Part shown: piece by piece, positions 27,724 to 36,444 of the stretch | How positions within the stretch are numbered: position 1 is the stretch's first letter | How the letters are laid out: the number at the start of each line of letters is the position of its first letter | Assembly (NCBI GenBank): GCA_036258175.1 | Contig: DATAEE010000314.1 | Span: 11,268 to 75,267 of the forward strand | Source of the DNA: Vicinamibacterales bacterium | GTDB taxonomy: Bacteria > Acidobacteriota > Vicinamibacteria > Vicinamibacterales > 2-12-FULL-66-21 | Reading direction: 5' to 3' | DNA: 64,000 bases | Program-made: the position numbers and the translations under genes | Notes under the pieces: model-generated | What the model saw: the letters and a program-made list of their open reading frames with translations, nothing else | Database searches by the model: none | What the model was told of the DNA's origin: nothing

Positions 27724-28875
27724 CTAGTTGTCGAGCACCGCCGTCCAGAACGACACCAGCTTCCAGACTTCCCCCCAGTCCGCCGGTTGATTCACCTCGG
27801 CGTGCGTGATGAGCGGGGTCAGGAGCACGCGGACATCCGTGTGAGGCCGCAAGTGATCCGCAAGCAGCGTCGACTCCAGCGGTGGGATGACGCTGTCATC
27901 GGCGCCGTGCAGCAGGAACACGGGAGCGGACGGAGGCGACGCATCGACCGGAGACAACGCCGGTTCGGCGCCCAGCGCTTCGACGTGCGGCAGGAGACGG
28001 GGCCCCAGCCCGGCGACATCGCGATCGTTGACGGCGGTCATCAATGACCGCGACGGCTCCGGCATCGCGGCGGCCATCGCCCGCGCACGCTCGAAGATCG
28101 TTTGCGCGCGCGCCTTGTCCACCATGTCCACGTGCGAGGCCTCGAGGAATGTGCGGATGCCGGCTCGCAGACCGGCGACCTGATCGGCCGGCACCATCCG
28201 CTCCGCGACGCCGAGGAGGATGATGACGACCCCGTAGTCGTGAGGCGCGTGCCGGCTGCCGTCGGCCAGCGTGCCTGTGCAAAGGAAGCGGAGCGTACGC
28301 GGCAGATCGCCGTGGCCGCCGAACGAGAGAACGAACGCGACGCGGTCGCGAGTCGACGGCCGGCCGGCCGCGACAATCGACAGGCCGCCCCCAAAGCTAA
28401 TCCCGACGAGTCCGGGACGACCATCGGCTGAGAGGTCGCGGCGCTCCGACAGCCACCTCATCCCGTCTTCAATCATGTCCGTGGAGCGTGGCGTGATGGC
28501 GTATTGCTTGAGGTCCGGCAGCTCCGCTGTCACGACCGCGAAGCCGCGCGCCGCAAAATCTTCGGCAAAGCCGATCAGCCTCGGCTCTTCGATGCCCGCG
28601 GCGTGTACGCCGGGCACGAGCAGCACCGCGCGTCGAATGCCGTTGCCTGGCCGATAGATTCGCGCCGCGAGCGGCAGGTGGCGGGTTGGAATCTGTGCTG
28701 GTTCGGTGGTGACGGTGGCCGCTTCCCACGACGCGATCGTGTTGGGCCAGCCCCGAATCCCGGCCGCCTGAATGACGAGCGACGCGCCGCGCACATAGTC
28801 GCGGCCGACCGTCGCGCCGGTCAGGGCGAATGCACCCAGGGTGATGAGCGCGACAAGCTTTGCCCGACGTCGCAT
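27724..28875 (-). CDS. Alpha/beta hydrolase fold protein (N-terminal signal or anchor)
   Basis: The start MRRRAKLVALITLGAFAL at 28875 avoids the overlap with cmk. The nucleophile elbow is GISFGGG, and the acid/His region is LLHGADDSVIP ... ITHAEV. Confidence 0.6.
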   Translation of the reverse strand: MRRRAKLVALITLGAFALTGATVGRDYVRGASLVIQAAGIRGWPNTIASWEAATVTTEPAQIPTRHLPLAARIYRPGNGIRRAVLLVPGVHAAGIEEPRLIGFAEDFAARGFAVVTAELPDLKQYAITPRSTDMIEDGMRWLSERRDLSADGRPGLVGISFGGGLSIVAAGRPSTRDRVAFVLSFGGHGDLPRTLRFLCTGTLADGSRHAPHDYGVVIILLGVAERMVPADQVAGLRAGIRTFLEASHVDMVDKARAQTIFERARAMAAAMPEPSRSLMTAVNDRDVAGLGPRLLPHVEALGAEPALSPVDASPPSAPVFLLHGADDSVIPPLESTLLADHLRPHTDVRVLLTPLITHAEVNQPADWGEVWKLVSFWTAVLDN

Positions 28876-28893
28876 GGAGGGATAATACGGGAA

Positions 28894-29559
28894 ATGCGCA
28901 ACCTGATCGTTGCGATCGATGGACCGTCCGGCGCCGGGAAAGGCACCGTCGCGCGAGCGGTCGCGGCGGCGCTCACGTGTCCTCACGTCGACACGGGCGC
29001 GATGTATCGGGCGCTCGCGTGGAAGGTCCTCGATGAGGGCGTCGACGTTGGCGACGGCTCGGCAGTCGCCGGGCTGGCCGACCGCGCCACGTTTGATCTT
29101 GAGGATGGCCGCGTCGTCATCGATGGGCATGACGTCGCGAAGGCGATCCGTACCCCCGAAATCGACATCGCGGCGGCGCAGGTCGCACGTCACCTCGCCG
29201 TGCGCCGTGTGCTCGTCGCGAGGCAGCGCATGTACGGCCAGCGGGGAGGCTGCCTCGTCATGGAAGGGCGCGACATCGGGACCGTCGTGTTTCCCGACGC
29301 AGATGTGAAGATCTACCTGGATGCGTCGCCCGACGAGCGGGCGCGGCGCCGTGCGCAGGATTCCGCCCATGCGAGCCGCGGCGGGGCAGTCGCCGAAGTG
29401 GCCACCGCGCTCGCGCAGCGCGACCATCAGGACCGGACGCGCGAAGCGTCACCGCTCGCGCAGGCTGATGACGCGCTTTACATCGACACCAGCGACCTCA
29501 CGATCGAGGAAGTGGTCGAACGCGTGATGGCCGTCGTCAATCAGCTGCGATCCTTGTAA
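28894..29559 (+). CDS. cmk: Cytidylate kinase
   Basis: IAIDGPSGAGKGTVARAVA P-loop at the N-terminus, from the ATG at 28894. Confidence 0.9.
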   Translation: MRNLIVAIDGPSGAGKGTVARAVAAALTCPHVDTGAMYRALAWKVLDEGVDVGDGSAVAGLADRATFDLEDGRVVIDGHDVAKAIRTPEIDIAAAQVARHLAVRRVLVARQRMYGQRGGCLVMEGRDIGTVVFPDADVKIYLDASPDERARRRAQDSAHASRGGAVAEVATALAQRDHQDRTREASPLAQADDALYIDTSDLTIEEVVERVMAVVNQLRSL

Positions 29560-30131
29560 TCCTCGGCCGACGCCGGATCCAGCTCCCAACGGTTTCGATC
29601 CCGCTTCTCAATCTTCTGGGCGCCTTTGAGCTCTTCGTTGTCCTCGTACTCGACGCCCAGGGCGCGGCCGATGTCGTCGACGCGGTCCTGATCCGGCGTG
29701 GGGTTGTCCCCGCCGGGCGCTTCGTCACCGACCGCGTAGGCATCCTCCCAGTCCGCGTCGACGTCCCCGCCGGTCAGCGCCGGGCTGGTTTCGGTGTGCT
29801 GGTGGATAGCCTCCTGGATCTCCCGGCGCCCGCTCTTGGCTGCCGACGCGCTCTGGTCGACGTCGAGCGACGAGGGCGGACCCGGGATTGGCTCGTCGGC
29901 GTCGCTCAGCTGCCGGCGCGCCCTGTCAAGGCGAAGGAGGCGTCGCGGCTCCTGGGTGGCCGCCGCCTTTCTGGTCGGTTTCCTTCGTTGTCTGGCGACT
30001 GCCCTACGCCTGGCCGCTTTTGCCGCCTTTCTCGGACGGGCCTTTGAACGAGCCCGGGATCTGGTCTTGGGACGAGCCTTGCCCTTTGATTTGGCGTTTG
30101 CCTGACGTTTCCGCGCCCGTTTCTTCGCCAT
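29541..30131 (-). CDS. Hypothetical protein with a Lys/Arg-rich N-terminus and an acidic conserved C-terminus (DUF6335-like by memory)
   Basis: 196 aa. The motif TGGDVDADWEDAY..GDEAPGGDNPTPDQD.VD.IG.ALG resembles a conserved uncharacterised family. Confidence 0.5.
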   Translation of the reverse strand: MAKKRARKRQANAKSKGKARPKTRSRARSKARPRKAAKAARRRAVARQRRKPTRKAAATQEPRRLLRLDRARRQLSDADEPIPGPPSSLDVDQSASAAKSGRREIQEAIHQHTETSPALTGGDVDADWEDAYAVGDEAPGGDNPTPDQDRVDDIGRALGVEYEDNEELKGAQKIEKRDRNRWELDPASAEDYKDRS

Positions 30132-30142
30132 CGCTGCGCTCC

Positions 30143-30171
30143 TTGACCGTGCGTTCTAAGTGACCTATAAT
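30143..30171 (+). promoter_or_regulatory. Near-consensus sigma70 promoter upstream of rpsA (TTGACC-N17-TATAAT)
   Basis: TTGACC at 30143-30148, a 17-nt spacer and TATAAT at 30166-30171. A roughly 90-nt leader and the GAGGAGG Shine-Dalgarno at 30249-30255 precede the ATG at 30267. Confidence 0.65.
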
Positions 30172-30266
30172 CTACTGCTTATCGCAACTCCAGCGATCGC
30201 AATCTTCGGGCCGCCGGCGCCCGCAACAATCAACCGGCAAATCGACGCGAGGAGGATCCGTTCTGA

Positions 30267-31997
30267 ATGGCCAAGGTAGAAGAAACGAAGGTGCACGCAC
30301 TCAAAGGAGGTGACGGTCCGGATGGCGAACGGATGGATCCCCAAGACTATCAGCGCCTGCTGGAGTTGTACGACAACAGCTTCCGGAACCTCGCCGAAGG
30401 CGAGGTGGTGAAAGGTACCGTCCTCAAGGTCACCCCATCTGAAGTCATCGTCGACGTCGGGTACAAGTCGGAGGGCATCATCGCAATCGATGAGTTCGTC
30501 GACGAAACCGGACAGATCACAGTGCAGCCCGGCGACACGGTCGACGTGCTGCTCGAGCGGACCGAGGACCGCGACGGCTACGTCGTGCTCTCGCGCGAAA
30601 AAGCCGAGAAGATGAAGATCTGGGACGAGGTCGAGAAGGCCTTCGCGGAGCGGAAGGTCGTCATCGGCCGCGTCATCGAGCGCATCAAGGGCGGGCTGGC
30701 GGTGGACATCGGTGTCCGCGCGTTCCTCCCCGGATCGCAGATCGACGTGCGTCCCGTGCGGAATCTCGACGCGCTGCGCGGCCAGGAGCTGCGGATGCGC
30801 GTCATCAAGGTGAACAAGAAGCGCGGCAACATCGTGCTGTCGCGCAAGGTTCTCCTCGAGGAAGAGAACGCCGAGAAGAAGAAGCACACGCTCGACACGC
30901 TCGCAGAAGGCAAGGTCCTGCGCGGCGTCGTGAAGAACCTCACCGATTACGGCGCGTTCATCGATCTGGGCGGCATCGACGGGCTGCTGCACATCACTGA
31001 CATGTCGTGGGGCCGCGTCGGCCATCCGTCCGAAGTGTTCCAGGTCAATCACGAGATCGACGTCGTCGTACTGAAGTACGACCCGGCGACCGAGCGCGTG
31101 TCGCTCGGCCACAAGCAGCTGATTGGCGATCCATGGGGCACCGCGAGCGACCGATATCCCGTCGGCACGCGCGTCAGCGGCAAGGTGGTGAGCCTGACCG
31201 ACTACGGCGCCTTCATCGAGCTCGAGCCGGGCGTCGAGGGGCTCATTCACGTTTCGGAGATGTCCTGGAGCAAGCGCGTCAAGCATCCCTCGAAGATCCT
31301 GAACGTGGGTGATTCGGTCGAGGCGATGGTGCTCGGCGTGGACTCGACGGCCCGCCGGATTTCACTTGGTCTGAAGCAGATCGAGAGCAACCCGTGGCAC
31401 GAGCTGGCCGAGCGGTATCCGATCGGCACGACGATCACCGGAAAGGTCCGCAATCTCACCGAGTTCGGCGCGTTCGTCGAGGTCGAAGAGGGCATCGACG
31501 GCCTCATCCACATCTCCGACATGTCGTGGAGCAAGCGCGTCAAGCACCCGTCGGAGCTCCTGAAGAAGGGCGACAAGGTCGAGGCGATGGTGCTGAACAT
31601 CGACGCCGAGAACCAGCGGTTGTCGCTCGGGCTCAAGCAGCTCCAGACCGACATCTGGGACGACTTCTTCTCCAAGCACAAGGTCGGTGACATCGTCGAA
31701 GGGAAGGTCGTGCGCGTGACGAACTTCGGCGCGTTCGTCGAGCTCGCCGACGGCATCGAAGGGCTCATTCACGTGTCGGAGTTCGACGAGCACCACGGCG
31801 AGAAGCTGGATCTGAAGGTGGACTCCTCCTATCAGATGAAGGTCATCAAGCTGATCCCGTCGGAGCGGAAGATCGGCCTCAGCATCCGGGCGCTGAAGTC
31901 TGACGAGTTCCGCGCCGACTGGGAGGCGTACACCGAGAGCACGGGACGGCCCGAGGTCACACTCGGGGATCACTTCCGGATGAACCGCGGCGAATAA
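30267..31997 (+). CDS. rpsA: 30S ribosomal protein S1
   Basis: 576 aa with six S1 (OB) repeats, e.g. G.V..V...GAFV.L..G.EGL.H.SE. Confidence 0.95.
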   Translation: MAKVEETKVHALKGGDGPDGERMDPQDYQRLLELYDNSFRNLAEGEVVKGTVLKVTPSEVIVDVGYKSEGIIAIDEFVDETGQITVQPGDTVDVLLERTEDRDGYVVLSREKAEKMKIWDEVEKAFAERKVVIGRVIERIKGGLAVDIGVRAFLPGSQIDVRPVRNLDALRGQELRMRVIKVNKKRGNIVLSRKVLLEEENAEKKKHTLDTLAEGKVLRGVVKNLTDYGAFIDLGGIDGLLHITDMSWGRVGHPSEVFQVNHEIDVVVLKYDPATERVSLGHKQLIGDPWGTASDRYPVGTRVSGKVVSLTDYGAFIELEPGVEGLIHVSEMSWSKRVKHPSKILNVGDSVEAMVLGVDSTARRISLGLKQIESNPWHELAERYPIGTTITGKVRNLTEFGAFVEVEEGIDGLIHISDMSWSKRVKHPSELLKKGDKVEAMVLNIDAENQRLSLGLKQLQTDIWDDFFSKHKVGDIVEGKVVRVTNFGAFVELADGIEGLIHVSEFDEHHGEKLDLKVDSSYQMKVIKLIPSERKIGLSIRALKSDEFRADWEAYTESTGRPEVTLGDHFRMNRGE

Positions 31998-32030
31998 CCT
32001 TTCCTGGGGGCGCGCATGGGAGCGGCGGCA

Positions 32031-32375
32031 ATGACGAAGGCGGAGCTTGTCGAGGAAGTCTCTCGGGTGTCAGATCTGACAAAGAAGCACTCGGAGCTCA
32101 TCGTCGACACGGTCTTCAAGAGCATCATCGACGCGCTGCACCGCGGGGAGAAGATCGAGCTCCGCGGCTTCGGCAGCTTCCGGCTCCGGCGGCGCGAGCC
32201 GCGGAAGGGCCGCAATCCGAAAACGGGCGATAAGGTGGACGTGCCGCCGAAGCGGGTGCCGTACTTCAAGCCGGGCAAGGAACTGAAGGAACTGATCAAC
32301 CGCGAAGGGGAAGCGCCGGCGCCGCCGCCGGCTCCCCTGGCCGGTATCCCGGATGGTGGTGTGCCGCAATTCTGA
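32031..32375 (+). CDS. ihfB: Integration host factor beta-like / HU-family DNA-binding protein
   Basis: MTKAELVE... and IELRGFGSFRLRRREPRKGRNPKTGDKVDVPPKRVPYFKPGKELK closely parallel E. coli IhfB. The cmk-rpsA-ihfB order is conserved. Confidence 0.8.
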   Translation: MTKAELVEEVSRVSDLTKKHSELIVDTVFKSIIDALHRGEKIELRGFGSFRLRRREPRKGRNPKTGDKVDVPPKRVPYFKPGKELKELINREGEAPAPPPAPLAGIPDGGVPQF

Positions 32376-32494
32376 ACCGCGCGGTTCATGGTTCAGCGTT
32401 CAGGGTTCAAGGTGGGTTCTGAGTTCGCGGTTCGCCAAACCCTGAACCATGAACCCAGAACCTCACCTTGAACCAGACCCTTGCACGCTGAACC
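32373..32494. repeat. Heptamer-built (GGTTCAN)n / (NTGAACC)n imperfect palindromic element with nested hairpins
   Basis: Perfect palindrome TGAACCGCGCGGTTCA at 32373-32388. Six GGTTC-type units lie at 32383-32436 and six GAACC units at 32442-32494. An 18-19 bp stem pairs 32404-32421 with 32456-32474, and an outer stem pairs 32390-32399 with 32485-32494. Confidence 0.75.
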
Positions 32495-32503
32495 GCCCAG
32501 TTC

Positions 32504-33013
32504 ATGTTCATGGAACAGCTCTGGTCCCCGTGGCGCCTCGCGTATGTGACTGGCGACAAGACGGACCCGGCCGGCTGCATCTTCTGTAACGCGCTGGAGC
32601 GTGCGGACGCGGAATCGTTGATCGTTTTTCGCGGGCGCACCTGCTATGTCATCCTCAATCTGTATCCCTACAACAACGGTCACCTGCTGATCGTTCCCAA
32701 CCGGCATGTTGGGTCGCTGGCGGGAACAGCGCCGGCGGAGCGTGACGAGCTGATGGCGCTGACCCGCCTCGCGGAGATCGCGCTGACCGAAGGCTACGCG
32801 CCGCACGGTTTCAACGTCGGCATCAATCTGGGCCGCCCGGCCGGCGCGGGCGTGCTCGATCATCTCCACGTGCACGTCGTGCCGCGATGGAACGGCGACA
32901 CGAACTTCATGCCCGTCATTGGTCAGGTTCGGGTGCTGCCCGAGGAACTGCCGGTCACCGCGGAGAAGCTCCGGCCGATCTTTCAGCGGCTCGCGGCGTC
33001 GGAGCGCTCGTAG
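32504..33013 (+). CDS. HIT family protein (nucleotide hydrolase/transferase, Ap4A-phosphorylase-like)
   Basis: Histidine triad HLHVHVVPRW. The C.FC motif lies near the N-terminus. Confidence 0.85.
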   Translation: MFMEQLWSPWRLAYVTGDKTDPAGCIFCNALERADAESLIVFRGRTCYVILNLYPYNNGHLLIVPNRHVGSLAGTAPAERDELMALTRLAEIALTEGYAPHGFNVGINLGRPAGAGVLDHLHVHVVPRWNGDTNFMPVIGQVRVLPEELPVTAEKLRPIFQRLAASERS

Positions 33014-34332
33014 CGCACGTCGCCGTCGGGCTCGATGACGGCAATCCATGGCGAGTCCGGCGACAGCCGGCCGCCGAGAATCTCATACACGAACGACGAG
33101 CTGCTCGTTGGGGCGATGAAGCTCGCGTCGATGCGGCGAAGCGTCTGGTGGCGTGCCGCCATCACTCGCGACGCACGGACGATGGCGCGGTACTCCGGCA
33201 TGCGGTGGATGTAGCCCGACTGCCGCAGTCGCGGAACCTGCACGGCGATCGCGAGCGCGACGAGCGCCCACGCCGCCGCGTTCCGCGCTCGCGGCGGGCC
33301 GAGAGACGTCACGGCCAGTCCAACAGTCAGCACCGCCGCCGGCATCAACGAGAAGTAGTAGTACTCATGATACCCGCCCGTCCACATTGCATAGCCGGCC
33401 AATCCCACGGCCAGCGAGCCGACTGACATCGCGACAGCCGCGGTGTTTCGGCGCTGGCAGATGATCACGACAATCGCGCTCCCTGCCAGCACCGATGCGA
33501 GCCAGGGAACCTGCCACGGGCTTCCGTGAATCGATGCGAACGCGCGCCCCAGGACGGTGGCGCTCGTAGCGATCCTCGGCGCCTGTTCGCCGCGCGCGAT
33601 GCTCAGCAGGCTCGCGCCCACCGGTGTCCCGGCCGTGCCGGGCGGCTGGCGCATCCAGTACACCGCCCACGGAATCTGCATGACCGCCACCACCGATCCA
33701 ACGACGAGCGCGCGCCGCAGCACGTCGCGCCACGCCCGAGCGGCCAGCGGCTGGAGGATCAGATAGAGAAGGACCGTGACAGCGACGAACGTTCCGGGAA
33801 CGTGCGAGTGGACGGCGGCCCACGCCACCGCGGCGGTCGCCGCCACCCGCCACAGCGGGCCGTCACCCCACCCGAGAAGGACCAGCGCCGTCGCCGCCTT
33901 CGCGAATGAGACCGCCAGCATCGGCGGCCAGACCGTCGCTGACAGCGACAGATCGTAAGGCGCGCTTGCGACGATGAGCACGACGGCGACCGCGAGCGGC
34001 GTGGATCCAGTCCGGCGTCGCACGCCGAGATAGAGAAGGACGTCGGCCATCGACGCGACAATGGCCTGTCCGATACCGCCCGCGTGTGGCAGATAGTCGA
34101 ACCACGGTCCGATGGTGACGCGGATGACCCACAGCACCCAATAAGGTGTGGGTCCGGGTGGCGCGCCGCCCAGGTGCGTGACCGGGCCGAGGAGTGGCAG
34201 CTCCCAGAACGGACCGAGCGCGATTCCCCAATCGCGTATCTGGTCGTAGTGCATCCAGAAATGCCGCGTGACGCCCCACGTTCGAATGGCCAGCGTGTAC
34301 ACGAAGATGAAGACAGGTACGAGAAACCGCAT
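32983..34332 (-). CDS. Polytopic membrane protein, possibly a GT-C-type glycosyltransferase
   Basis: 449 aa with about 10 or more hydrophobic helices and a periplasmic-looking C-terminal domain. The family assignment is tentative. Confidence 0.45.
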   Translation of the reverse strand: MRFLVPVFIFVYTLAIRTWGVTRHFWMHYDQIRDWGIALGPFWELPLLGPVTHLGGAPPGPTPYWVLWVIRVTIGPWFDYLPHAGGIGQAIVASMADVLLYLGVRRRTGSTPLAVAVVLIVASAPYDLSLSATVWPPMLAVSFAKAATALVLLGWGDGPLWRVAATAAVAWAAVHSHVPGTFVAVTVLLYLILQPLAARAWRDVLRRALVVGSVVAVMQIPWAVYWMRQPPGTAGTPVGASLLSIARGEQAPRIATSATVLGRAFASIHGSPWQVPWLASVLAGSAIVVIICQRRNTAAVAMSVGSLAVGLAGYAMWTGGYHEYYYFSLMPAAVLTVGLAVTSLGPPRARNAAAWALVALAIAVQVPRLRQSGYIHRMPEYRAIVRASRVMAARHQTLRRIDASFIAPTSSSSFVYEILGGRLSPDSPWIAVIEPDGDVRYERSDAASR

Positions 34333-34356
34333 TCCGGATTCCGGCGGAATTCTGCC

Positions 34357-35511
34357 ATGATTACGCCGATGGACTTAGAGTTTTCCTCCGATCACTTGAA
34401 GTACCTCGGGCCGATCGCGGCATTCGCGCGCGATCGCGTGGCGCCGGCCGCCGCGGCGATCGATGAGGAAGGCCGCTTTCCAACGGAGCTCGTGCGCGAG
34501 GCGTTCGCGCTGGGGCTGGCTGGTATCACGATTCCGAAGGACAACGGCGGATCGGGGCGCGATTACGTCTCGTACGCGATGGTTGTCGAAGCACTGGCCC
34601 GCGCGAGCGCGACGCTCGCCGTCATCGTCGCCGTGCAGAATTCGCTCGTCGCGGAGCCGATTGCGCGCTTCGGGACGGACGCGCAGAAGGAAGCATGGCT
34701 GTCACGGCTCGCCAGCGGGCGCGCGATCGGTGCGTTCGCGCTGTCGGAACCCAATGCGGGAAGCGACGCCGCCAACCAGCAGACCGTCGCGAGGCTGGAT
34801 GATCACGGCTATGTGCTCAATGGCCGGAAGGTGTGGGTCGCGAACGCCGAGGCGGCCGACGTCGCGATCGTGTTCGCGGCAACGCAGCCCGGCATCGGCG
34901 GGCGCGGCATCAGCGCGTTTCTCGTCCCGATGGACGCGGCGGGACTGCGGCGCGTCGCGGCAGCCGACTCGCTCGGCGTGCGGGGTCTGGGTTGTCAGGA
35001 TGTGGAACTCCGCGACGTCCGCGTCGAGGGGACGTCGATGCTGGCCGGTCCGGGGGACGGATTTCGCGTCGCGATGTGGGCGCTCGACGGCGGCCGCGTG
35101 GCGATCGCCGCCCAGGCGCTTGGCGTCGGCCAGGCGGCACTCGACGAGGCACTCGCGCACGCCAAGGCGCGCGAAGCGTTCGGTCAGCCGATCGCCAACT
35201 ATCAGGCGATCCAGTGGATGCTGGCCGACACGGCGACGGAGCTCGAAGCGGCGCGCGTGCTGATGCTCAAAGCGGCGGATGCCAAGGATCGGCAGGAGCG
35301 GTCGACCTTAGAAGCGGCGATGGCGAAGCTGTATGCGTCACAGGCGGCGCATCGCGCCGCCGATAAAGCGATGCAGATCCTGGCCTCGGCCGGGTATCGC
35401 CGCGGTTCGACCGTGGAGCGGCTTTTCCGGGACGTGCGCGCGACGGAGATCTACCAGGGCACGTCAGAAGTGCAGCGGATGATCATCGCCGAGTCGATAC
35501 TGACGGGATGA
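34357..35511 (+). CDS. Acyl-CoA dehydrogenase
   Basis: 384 aa from the ATG at 34357. ACAD patterns are present (..GAFALSEPNAGSDA.., ..IYQGTSEVQRMIIA). Confidence 0.9.
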   Translation: MITPMDLEFSSDHLKYLGPIAAFARDRVAPAAAAIDEEGRFPTELVREAFALGLAGITIPKDNGGSGRDYVSYAMVVEALARASATLAVIVAVQNSLVAEPIARFGTDAQKEAWLSRLASGRAIGAFALSEPNAGSDAANQQTVARLDDHGYVLNGRKVWVANAEAADVAIVFAATQPGIGGRGISAFLVPMDAAGLRRVAAADSLGVRGLGCQDVELRDVRVEGTSMLAGPGDGFRVAMWALDGGRVAIAAQALGVGQAALDEALAHAKAREAFGQPIANYQAIQWMLADTATELEAARVLMLKAADAKDRQERSTLEAAMAKLYASQAAHRAADKAMQILASAGYRRGSTVERLFRDVRATEIYQGTSEVQRMIIAESILTG

Positions 35512-35514
35512 CCT

Positions 35515-36366
35515 TCAGCCTTCGGACTTCGTACTCCGCACTTGAGCAAGCCTCTCTTTGATCGCCTTCACCGTACTCTCCGCCCGATAGTCGACGATCT
35601 TCTTCCCCCACTCAATCGCCTTATCGGCCGGCGCGATCGGCACGCCGTTGATCGACGCCTTGCCCGCGGCAATTCGCTCCTGCAGGCGCACGGACGCAGG
35701 GTCGACGACCATCATCTCGGCGGTGATTTGGAAGTCGTCGTGATGTCCCTCGTTCGTCTGCTTCACGCCCTGCGACTCGAGCCACTTCTGCACGCCTGGA
35801 TAGTCGTAGTACTCCGGGATGAAAAGCACGCGCATCTTGCCGTCGGTCCACGCGGCGTTGAGCGTGGACGCCACTTCCTTCATGCCATCCTGGTTGCCGC
35901 CGCTGTCGCCGATGAAGACGATGTTCGTGAACCCGTGGACGCGCAGGCTCGAGGCCATGTCGGTCAGCAGGCGTTTGTACGTGTCGTCGGTGAGCGTGAT
36001 GGTTCCCGGAAAGCGCATGTGCCCGCTTGGCGGTTCGATGTTGCCTTCCGGCACGAACGCGACGATCGGGGCGACCAGCGCGTTGCCGAGCTTGCGCGCG
36101 ATTGCCTCGGTCGTCGCACGCAGGACGATCTGATGCTTGTCGAGCGCCAGATACGGACCGTTCTGCTCGATCCCGCCCGTGGCGACGATGATCGTCGTCT
36201 TGCCGGCTCGCATCGCGTCCCGCACTTCGAGCCAGGTCAGCTCCTCGATGAACACCGAGTCGCGCGCGGCGATGGGCCGCGGCATGTTCGGGTCGGGGTT
36301 AGCGGCGGACGGTTTCGATTGAGGTGTCTGGAGGAGGACCAGCGTGGCGAGAAAGGCGGTTAACAT
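35515..36366 (-). CDS. Creatininase (creatinine amidohydrolase) family protein with a signal peptide
   Basis: EELTWLEVRDAMRAGKTTIIVATGGIEQNGPYL is typical of the family. I prefer the start MLTAFLATLVLLQ at 36366. Confidence 0.75.
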   Translation of the reverse strand: MLTAFLATLVLLQTPQSKPSAANPDPNMPRPIAARDSVFIEELTWLEVRDAMRAGKTTIIVATGGIEQNGPYLALDKHQIVLRATTEAIARKLGNALVAPIVAFVPEGNIEPPSGHMRFPGTITLTDDTYKRLLTDMASSLRVHGFTNIVFIGDSGGNQDGMKEVASTLNAAWTDGKMRVLFIPEYYDYPGVQKWLESQGVKQTNEGHHDDFQITAEMMVVDPASVRLQERIAAGKASINGVPIAPADKAIEWGKKIVDYRAESTVKAIKERLAQVRSTKSEG

Positions 36367-36380
36367 GACAAGCTCTCCCA

Positions 36381-36438
36381 ATGCTGATTGCTGAATGTGG
36401 ATTGCTGAACTCAGCACTCAGCAATCCACAATCAGAAA
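36381..36438. repeat. GATTGTGGAT-family hairpin element (12-bp perfect stem GTGGATTGCTGA / TCAGCAATCCAC) downstream of the acyl-CoA dehydrogenase gene
   Basis: The stem pairs 36397-36408 with 36418-36429 around a 9-nt loop. The outer arms GCTGATTGCTGAAT and ACAATCAG extend the pairing with a bulge. Confidence 0.65.
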
Positions 36439-36444
36439 TGGGCA

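Noticed and set aside
28876-29427. 567-aa version of the hydrolase ORF (27724-29427) that overlaps cmk.
   Set aside because: The upstream 183 residues are antisense to the clearly real cmk gene and are low-complexity. The Met at 28875 gives a normal signal or anchor sequence.
30165-31286. Long ORFs antisense to well-recognised genes. Examples: 30165-31286 (373 aa opposite rpsA), 8576-9970, 22665-23624, 37636-38895, 42325-43617, 45667-46986, 47264-48655, 52239-53927, 57460-58590 and 62764-63558.
   Set aside because: They are typical GC-rich shadow ORFs. Their translations are Arg/Ala/Pro/Gly-rich and have no recognisable motifs. The opposite strand encodes unmistakable conserved proteins: S1, UvrC, ValRS, ArgRS, RF2 and others.
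32405-32419. GTTC-N7-GTTC, which matches the direct-repeat LexA box reported for Alphaproteobacteria and Acidobacterium.
   Set aside because: It lies inside a heptamer array in which GTTC recurs every 7 nt, so a match arises trivially. It is not upstream of an SOS gene, and I found no such box upstream of uvrA or uvrC in this window.
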